Shown piece after piece: positions 56,634 to 64,000 of a stretch of DNA of 64,000 nt. The notes under the pieces are model-generated. The model was not told the DNA's origin and did no database searches. It worked only from the letters and a program-made list of their open reading frames with translations. Positions within the stretch are counted from its first letter, which is position 1. Each line of letters begins with the position of its first letter. Both the position numbers and the translations under genes were made by a program. The stretch comes from the human T2T-CHM13v2.0 reference genome, Homo sapiens, in the NCBI RefSeq assembly GCF_009914755.1, contig NC_060937.1. One strand, given 5' to 3'.

Positions 56634-57223
56634 CTTTCAGTCCATTCCATTCCAGTACATTTCATTCCAATCCATTCCACTCGATTCCATTCGAATCCAT
56701 TCCATTCAATGCCATTCCATTCCTTGCAATTCTATTCCTTTTGATTCCATTCCATTCATTTAGATTCCATTCCATTCGAGTCCATTCCCTTTGAGTCCAT
56801 TAAATTCGAGTCCATTCCATTTGAGTCCACTCAATTCGATTCCATTCCATTCGATTCCATCCCATTCTATTCCATTCCATTCAAAGGCATTCCATTCCAG
56901 TCCATTCCATTTGAATCTATGCCACTCAAGTCCATTCCATTCAAATCCACTCCATTCGATTCCATTCCATTTGAATCCATTCCATTCCAATCCATTCCAT
57001 TATAGTCCACTCCATTCGATTCCATTCCATTCCATTCTCTTCCATTCCATTCCATTCCTTTCCATTCCATTTCATTCCAATCCATTCCATTCCATTACAT
57101 TCTATTCCTTGCCATTCAATTGCATTCCATTCAAGTCAGTTACGTTCGAGTTAATTCCTTTCCAGGCCATTACATTGGAATACATTCCGTTCCAGTACGT
57201 TACATTTCATTCGATGCCATTTT

Positions 57224-57238
57224 ATTCTAGAACATTCC
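57224..57238. promoter_or_regulatory. Perfect 3-unit heat shock element match (motif only)
   Basis: aTTCtaGAAcaTTCc, with the classic TTCTAGAA core; function not shown. Confidence 0.35.
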
Positions 57239-60200
57239 ATTCCAGTCCAGTCAATTCATTTCCATTGCATTCCAGTCCATTCCATTCGATTCCATTCCAT
57301 TTGATTCCATTCCATTCCAGTCCAGTCCTTTCCATTCAAGTCCATAACATTCGAGTCCATTCCATTGCAGTCTGATACATTCAGTTCCATTCCATTCCAT
57401 TCTATTCCATTTCTTTTGATTCCATTCCTTTCGAGTCCATTCCATTGCAGTCAATTACATTCGAGTCCAATCCATTCCATTCTAATTCATTCCATTCCAT
57501 TCGGTTCCATTCCATTCCTGCCCATTAAATTCGAGTCCAATCCATTCCTTTCCAATTCATTCCATTCCATTCGGTTCCATTCCATTCCTGCCCATTACTT
57601 TCGAGACCATTCCATTTCATTCTATTCCATTTCTTTCCATTTGGTTCAAATCCATGCTATTCCAACCGATTCCATTTGATTCCATTCCAATCCATTCCTT
57701 TCCATTCGAGTCCATTCCATTCGAGTACGTTGCATTCCGTTACATTCCATTCGAGACCTTTCCTTTGCAGTCAATTGCATCTGAGTTCATTCCAATCCGG
57801 TCTATTACATTGGATTCCATTCCATTAGATTCCATTGCATTCGATGCCAGTCCTTTGGAGTCCATTCCATTCGAGCCCTTTCCATTCCATTCAATTCCAT
57901 TCCATTCCATTCCATACCATTCCATTTCATTCCATTCCTTTAGTGTCCATTCCATTCTAGTCCATTCCAATCGATTCCATTCCATTTGATTCAATTCCTT
58001 TCCAATCCATTCCATTCAACTCCATTCCAATAATTCCATTCAACTCGATTCTTTTGCAGTCCATTCCATTGCATTAGATGCCATTCCATTCAAGTCCATT
58101 CCACTCGATTCCGTTCAATTCCAGTGCATTGCATTCGAGTCCATTCCACTTGATTCCATTCCATTCCGTTACTTTTCATTCCGTTCCATTCCATTCCTTT
58201 CAATTCGAGTCCATTCCATTCCAGTGCATTCCATTCGGTTTCATTCCATTCAATTCATTCCATTTGATTTCATTACATTCGATTCTATGCCATTCGTTTG
58301 CATTCCATTCGAGCTCATTCCCTTCCAGTCCATTTCATTCGAGTCCATTCCATTCCAGTCTACTACATTCGAGTCCTTTCCATTCCATTGCATTCCAATC
58401 AATTCAATTCTATTACATTCGAATCCATTTCACTCAATTCCATTCCATTCGTTTCTATTCCATTCCATTCCTTTCCATTCTATTGCATTCCATTCGATTG
58501 CATTTCATTAGATTCCATTCCATTCGATCCCATTACATTCTGTTCTATTCCATTCCATTCCATTTCTTTCTTTTTGAGTTCATTCCATTCTAGTCCATTC
58601 CATTCCATTCCATTCCATTCCATTCCATTCCATTCTAGTAGATTCTATTCCAGTCGATTCCATGCCATTCCATTGCATTCCATTCGATTCCATTCCATTA
58701 AATTCGATTCCATTCCATTCAATTCCATTCCATTCAATTCCTTTCCTTTTGAGTCCATTCCATTCGAGTCCATTCTTATCAATTCCATTTCCTTCCAGTC
58801 CATTCCATTCGATTCCTTTCCATTCGATTCTATTCCATTCGATTCTGTCCTGTTCGATTCCATTCCATTCGATTACATTCCATTCGAGTCCATCCAATTG
58901 AATCCATTCCATTCCAGTCCATTCTATTAGAATCCATTCTATTCGTTTCCATTCCATTCCATTTTATTGCATTCGTGTCCATTCCATTCAATTCCATTCT
59001 CTTTGAATCCATTCCATTCCAGTCCATTCCATTCGAGTCCATTCCATTCCAGTACATTTCATTCGAGTCCATTCCATTCGATTCCATTCTATTCCTTTCC
59101 ATTCCATTCGATTCCATTCCATTCCATTCCATTCGATTAGATTCCATTTGGGGCCGTTATATTATACTCCATTCCATTAGAGTCCATTCCATTCCATTCC
59201 ATTCCAGTCCATTCCATTGCATTCCACTCAATTCCATTCCATTCCATTCAATTCCAATTCATTCCAGTCCATTCCATTCCAGTCCGTTCCATTCCTTTCC
59301 TTTCCATTCCATTCCATTCCTTTCAAATCCATTCCATTCAATTCCATTCCATTCCATTCCATACCATTCGATTCCATGCCATTCCAGTCCATTCCTTTTG
59401 AGTCCAGTCCATTCCATTCCTTTCAAATCTATTCCATTCCATTCCATTCCATGCTATTAGATTCCATTCCATTCCATTGTGTTACATTCATTTCCATTCC
59501 ATTCCATTTGAATCCATTCCATTCTATTCCATTCCATTCCATTTGAATCTATTCCATTCTATTCCTTTCCATTCCCTTCCCTTCCATTCTATTCCATTCC
59601 ATTTGATTTGATTTGATTCCATTCCATTCCAATCCATTCCATTCCATTAAATTCTATTCCATTCCTTTCGATTCCATTTCAGTCAATTCCATTCCATTCG
59701 ATTCCATTCCACTCCAGGCCATTTCATTCGAGTCCGTTCCATTCCATTAAATTCTATTCCATTCCATTCCACTCCATTCCATTCCCTTCTTTTCCATTCC
59801 ATTCCTTTCCTTTTAGGACCATTCCATTCCTTTCCAGTCCATTCGAATCCATTCCATTCCATTTGCTTCCATTCTGTTCGATTCCATTCCATTCAATTGC
59901 ATTCCATTCCTTTCGAATCCATTCCGTTTCCATTCCTTTCGTTTCCATTCCTATCCATTCGAGTCCGTTCCATTCCACTCGATTCTATTCCATTTGATTC
60001 CATTGCATTCGAGACCGTTCCATTCCGTTCCATTCAATTCGATCCCATTCCATTCGATTACCTTTCATTAGATTCCATTTCATTCGATTCCATTCCATTC
60101 GAGTCCATTCCATTCCATTCCATTCCAGTCCATTCCATTCAAATCCATTCTATTCTATTCCACTCCATTCCATACCACTCCGTTCTACTTTACTCCACTC

Positions 60201-60486
60201 CACTACACTAAATTCCATTGTATCCAACTCCATTCCATGCCATTGCACTCCTTTCCTCTGCACTGCACTCCACAGCGCTCCATTCCACTCCATCCCATTC
60301 CATTCTGCTCCATTCAACGGCAATCTTCTCCACACAACTCATCTCCAGTTCATTCCATTCCATTGCATTCCATTCCATCTCATTCCATTTGTCTCCATTC
60401 CAGTCAACTCTAATTCACCCCACTCCTCTCCACTTCAGTCCACTCCATTCGATTCCATTCCATTCCACTGCATTCTGTTCTATTCC

Positions 60487-60550
60487 TTTCTTTCGAAAGT
60501 ATCTCACTCTATCACCCAGCGTGCAGCGCAGTGGCAGAATCTCAGCTCAC
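60487..60550 (-). mobile_element. Alu 3'-end fragment (higher-order-repeat type A)
   Basis: tttcgaaagtatctcactctatcacccagcgtgcagcgcagtggcagaatctcagctcac. Confidence 0.85.
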
Positions 60551-60748
60551 ATTTCATTTCACCATTCCATTGCATTCCATTCCACTCTATTCCACTCTAC
60601 TCCACTCCACTCCAATCCATTCCACTCCACTCCACTCCAGTCCATTCCACTCCACTCCTTTCCATTCCATCCCATTTCATTCCACTCCTTTCCACTCCAC
60701 TCCAATCCACCCCACTCCATTCCATTCCACTCGTTTCCTTTCCATTCC

Positions 60749-60812
60749 TTTCTTTTGACAGGATCTCACTCTGTCACCAAGGCTTGTGTGCAGTGGCACA
60801 ATCTCATCTCAC
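60749..60812 (-). mobile_element. Alu 3'-end fragment (type B)
   Basis: ttttgacaggatctcactctgtcaccaaggcttgtgtgcagtggcacaatctcatctcac. Confidence 0.88.
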
Positions 60813-60935
60813 ATTTTACTTCACCATTTCATTCCATTCCATTCTATTCCACTGCACTCCACTCCACTGAATTCTACTCCACTCCACTCCAATCCATTCC
60901 ACTCCATTCCATTCCAATCTCTTCCATTCCACTCC

Positions 60936-60996
60936 TTTCTTTCTACAGGATCTCCCTGTTTCACACAGGCTGTAGCACGTGGCACAATCTCAGCAC
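60936..60996 (-). mobile_element. Alu 3'-end fragment (type C, resembles left-domain copies)
   Basis: ttctacaggatctccctgtttcacacaggctgtagcacgtggcacaatctcagcac. Confidence 0.82.
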
Positions 60997-61516
60997 TCAT
61001 TCCTTTTCACCATTTCATTCCATTCCATTCCATTCCATTCCATTACACTTCATTCCATTCCTCTGCATTCCATTTCACTCTACTCCAGTCCACTCCACTC
61101 CATTTCATTCCACCACATTCCATTCCACTCTTTTCCACTCCATTCCACTCCATTCCATTTCATTCCACTCCGTTCTATTCCACTCCACTCCTCTCCACTC
61201 CATTCCACTCCACTCCACTCCATTCCACTCTACTCCATTCCATTTCATTCCATTCCACTCCATTCCATTCCCTTCCACTCCATTCCATTCCCTTCCATTA
61301 CATTCCATTCGATTGCATTACACTCCACTCCACTCAATTCCTCTCCCTTCCATTCCACTCCACTCAATTCCTTTCCATTCCATTCCTTACCATTCCATTC
61401 CACTCCACTCCATTCCATTCCATTGCAGTCCACTCCACTCCACTCCGCTCCACTCCACTCCACTCCACTGCTCTCCTTTTCGTTCCATTCCATTTCACTC
61501 CATTGCATTCCATTCC

Positions 61517-61580
61517 TTTCTTTCAACACTATATCACTGTGTCACTCAGGCTGGAGAGCAGTGGCACAGTCTCTGCTCAC
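61517..61580 (-). mobile_element. Alu 3'-end fragment (type D)
   Basis: tcactgtgtcactcaggctggagagcagtggcacagtctctgctcac followed by attgcatgacagc. Confidence 0.85.
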
Positions 61581-61993
61581 ATTGCATGACAGCATTCCAT
61601 TTCATTGCATTCTATTCCATTGCATTCCATTGAATTCCATTGCATTCCATTCTATTCCATTCCATTCCGTTCCACTCCACTCCACTCCACAACATTCCAT
61701 CCCATTCCACACCACTCCACTCCCCTGCATTCCGTCACATCCAATTCCATTCCACTCCATTCCACTCCTCTCCACTCCCCTTCTCTCTACACCACTCCAT
61801 TCCACTCCATCCCATTCCATTCCGCTCCATTCCACTGGACTCCGCTCCTCCCCACTCCACTCCACTTCATTCCATTCCATTCCATCCCATTGCATTCCTT
61901 TCCATTCCACTCCACTCCACTTCACTCCACTCCAATCCACTCCAGTCCACTCCATTCCATTCCATTCCACTGCATTGCATTCCATTCCATTCC

Positions 61994-62057
61994 TTTCTTT
62001 CGAGATTATCTCACTCCGTCACCCAGCCTGGAGAGCAGTGGCACAATCTCAGCTGAC
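61994..62057 (-). mobile_element. Alu 3'-end fragment (type A)
   Basis: tttcgagattatctcactccgtcacccagcctggagagcagtggcacaatctcagctgac. Confidence 0.88.
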
Positions 62058-62270
62058 ATTTAATTTCACCATTCCATTCAATTCCGTTCCATTCAGTTCC
62101 ATTCTGCTCTACTCCACTCCACTCCATTGCAGTCCATTCCACTTCACTCCACTCCATTCCATTCCACTCCACTCCTTTCCTTTCCATCCCATTCCATTGC
62201 ACTCCTTTCCTCTCCAATCCACTCTACTCCACTCCATTCTATTGCATTCCACTCCATTCGATTGCATTCC

Positions 62271-62330
62271 TTTCGTTTGAGAGGATCTCACTCTGTCACT
62301 CAGGCAGGAGTGCAGTGGCACAATCTCAAC
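62271..62330 (-). mobile_element. Alu 3'-end fragment (type B)
   Basis: tttgagaggatctcactctgtcactcaggcaggagtgcagtggcacaatctcaac. Confidence 0.88.
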
Positions 62331-62457
62331 CCATTTTTCATTTCACCATTCCATTCCATTCCATTCCACTGCACTCCACTCCTATCCACTGAATTCCACT
62401 CCACTCCACTCCAACATATTCCATTCCGTGCAATTCCAATCCCTTCCATTCCACTAC

Positions 62458-62519
62458 TTTCTTTTGACAAGATCTCCCTCTCTCACACAGGGTGTAGCGC
62501 AGTGGCACAATCTCAGCAC
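62458..62519 (-). mobile_element. Alu 3'-end fragment (type C, resembles left-domain copies)
   Basis: ttttgacaagatctccctctctcacacagggtgtagcgcagtggcacaatctcagcac. Confidence 0.85.
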
Positions 62520-62839
62520 ACCTTTCTTTTCACCATTCCATTCCACTCCATTCCATTCCGTTCCATTCTGTTTCATTCCATTGCATTCATTTCTATTGCA
62601 TTCCATCCCACTCCATTCCATTCCATTCCACTCCATTCCATTCCATTCCACTCCACTCCATTCCATTCCACTCCACTCCATTCCATTCCATTCCACTCCA
62701 CTCCATTCCATTCCACTCCAATCCATTCCTCTCCACTCCTCTCCACTCCACTCCTCTCCACTCCGCTCCACTCCATTCCATTCCATTCCATTCCATTCCA
62801 TTCCATTCCATTCCATTCCATTCCATACCATTCCTTTCC

Positions 62840-62903
62840 TTTCTTTCCAAAGGATCTCACTTGGTCACAGAGGCTGGAGTGCAGTGGCACAATCTCAGCT
62901 CAC
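62840..62903 (-). mobile_element. Alu 3'-end fragment (type E)
   Basis: aaggatctcacttggtcacagaggctggagtgcagtggcacaatctcagctcac; contains the exact Alu core AGGCTGGAGTGCAGTGGC. Confidence 0.9.
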
Positions 62904-63081
62904 ATTTCTTTTCACCATTCAATTACATTCCATTCCATCCCATTCCATTCCTCTCTATTTCACTCCACTCCACTCCATTCCACTCCATCCCATTCCAGTT
63001 GACTCCTTTGCACTAAACTCCATTCCCCTCCACTCAATTCCATTCCATTCCATAACATTTCACTCCATTGCATTCCATAGC

Positions 63082-63144
63082 TTCCTTTCCACTGTACATC
63101 ACTGTGTCACCCAGGCTTGAGTGCAGTGGCACTATCTCAGCTCA
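63082..63144 (-). mobile_element. Alu 3'-end fragment (type D)
   Basis: tcactgtgtcacccaggcttgagtgcagtggcactatctcagctca followed by tattacatgtcagc. Confidence 0.87.
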
Positions 63145-63597
63145 TATTACATGTCAGCTTTCCATTTCATTGCATTCTATTCCATTGCATTAAATTGCAT
63201 TCCATTTCTTTCCGTTACATCCATTCCATTCCATTCCTTTCCCTTCCATTCCACTCCGTTCGACTCCACTCCACTCCACTCCTCTACATTCCATTACATC
63301 CGATTCCATTCCACTACATTACACTCCTCTCCACTCAACTACACTCCACTCCACTGCATTCCATTCCATCCCAATCCATTCCGCTCCATTCCACTGCACT
63401 TCCCTCCACCCCACTCCACTCCACTTCATTCCATTCCATTCCATCCCATTCCATTCCCCTCCATTCCACTCCACCCCACTTCTCTCCAATCCACTCCTCT
63501 CCAGTTCCCTCCATTCCATTCCTTTCCATTTCATTCCATTCTATTCCATTCCATTCCATTCCATTCCATTCCATTACACAGCATTCCATTCCATTCC

Positions 63598-63660
63598 TTT
63601 CTTTCGAGAGTATCTCACTCTGTCACCCAGCCCGGAGTCTAGTGGCACAATCTCAGCACA
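63598..63660 (-). mobile_element. Alu 3'-end fragment (type A)
   Basis: tttcgagagtatctcactctgtcacccagcccggagtctagtggcacaatctcagcac. Confidence 0.87.
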
Positions 63661-63829
63661 CATTTCATTTCACCATTCCTTTCCATTCTATTCTATTCCA
63701 TTCCATTCGGCTCTACTCCACTCCAATGCGTTCCACTCCACTCCATTCCATTCCACTCCTTTCCATTCCACTCCTTTCAACTCCACTCCCCTCCAATCCA
63801 CTCCATTCCGTTCCACTCCATTCTATTCC

Positions 63830-63892
63830 TTTGTTTTGATGGGGTCTCACTCTGTCACCAAGGCTGGTGTGCACTGGCACAATCTCAGCTCA
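63830..63892 (-). mobile_element. Alu 3'-end fragment (type B)
   Basis: ttttgatggggtctcactctgtcaccaaggctggtgtgcactggcacaatctcagctca. Confidence 0.9.
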
Positions 63893-64000
63893 TATTTCAT
63901 TTCACCATTCCACTCCAGTCCATTCCATTCCACTGCACTCCACTCCACTCCACTCAATTCCATTCCACTCCACTCCAATCCATTCCATTCCATTCCATTC

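Larger units (their letters stand above)
44300..60150 (+). repeat. CpG-type HSat3 domain (CATTCGAGTC, CATTCGATTC, CATTTGATTC)
   Basis: Dense ttcgagtccattcc, ttcgattcc and tttgattcc motifs; CACTC is rare except in small islands (~52.44-52.79 kb and ~54.98-55.26 kb). Confidence 0.9.
1..64000 (+). repeat. Human Satellite 3-type (CATTC)n pentamer satellite array, diverged; C-rich strand on +
   Basis: Continuous CATTC/CACTC pentamers and single-base variants across the window; G is rare on +; the HSat2-type GATGAT motif was not seen. Confidence 0.95.
60150..64000 (+). repeat. CACTC-rich satellite with Alu fragments, ~1.5-1.6 kb higher-order repeat (right composite domain)
   Basis: 11 Alu fragments whose variant types recur in the same order at 1.5-1.6 kb spacing. 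Confidence 0.88.

Noticed and set aside
44300-60150. HSat2 assignment
   Set aside because: CATTCGATTC is present, but I did not see the GATGAT-containing ~23-26 bp unit typical of HSat2. The pentamer phase is largely kept, which favours HSat3. A specific subfamily or chromosome cannot be called by eye.
99-63839. Hundreds of ORFs, up to 946 aa (7846-10686)
   Set aside because: They are translations of pentamer repeats. The C-rich strand rarely contains stop codons, ORFs overlap in all frames, and the products are low-complexity HSIPF/MEWNG repeats with no recognisable domain.
60487-63892. Functional Alu or 7SL-like RNA genes
   Set aside because: Only the last ~55-60 nt of the right arm is present. 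There is no left arm, no Pol III A/B boxes, no long poly(A) tail and no TSDs.
56-63892. Specific Alu subfamily (J versus S)
   Set aside because: The diagnostics conflict: the gacagg end looks AluJ-like and atctcagctcac looks AluS-like. The fragment is too short and diverged to call without an alignment.
1-64000. Inversion or strand switch; telomeric, alpha-satellite or CENP-B-box sequence
   Set aside because: No GGAAT-rich stretch on +, no TTAGGG arrays and no 171-bp monomers were seen.

Overview
The whole 64 kb is primate (most likely human or great-ape) Human Satellite 3-type heterochromatin: a diverged (CATTC)n/(CACTC)n pentamer array. The C-rich strand stays on + throughout, and I saw no inversion. 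I find no credible protein-coding or RNA genes; the ORF track is the expected translation of pentamer repeats (HSIPF/STPLH on +, MEWNG/VEWSG on -). The array has five kinds of domain. (1) About 1-13.7 kb: CACTC-rich satellite with 20 antisense copies of a 40-65 bp Alu 3'-end fragment. (2) About 13.7-40.3 kb: Alu-free CACTC/CATTC satellite with nested duplications. (3) About 40.3-41.05 kb and 44.3-60.15 kb: CpG-containing CATTCGAGTC/CATTCGATTC-type satellite. (4) About 41.05-44.3 kb: CACTC-type satellite again. (5) About 60.15-64 kb: a second Alu-fragment composite with 11 copies in a ~1.5-1.6 kb higher-order repeat. The most notable observations are the Alu-fragment/satellite composite repeats, a near-identical ~1 kb duplication 12.45 kb apart that spans a subfamily junction, and three perfect heat-shock-element matches. 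All coordinates and identities were read by eye and are approximate to a few bases. I cannot claim a new biological system from this sequence alone.
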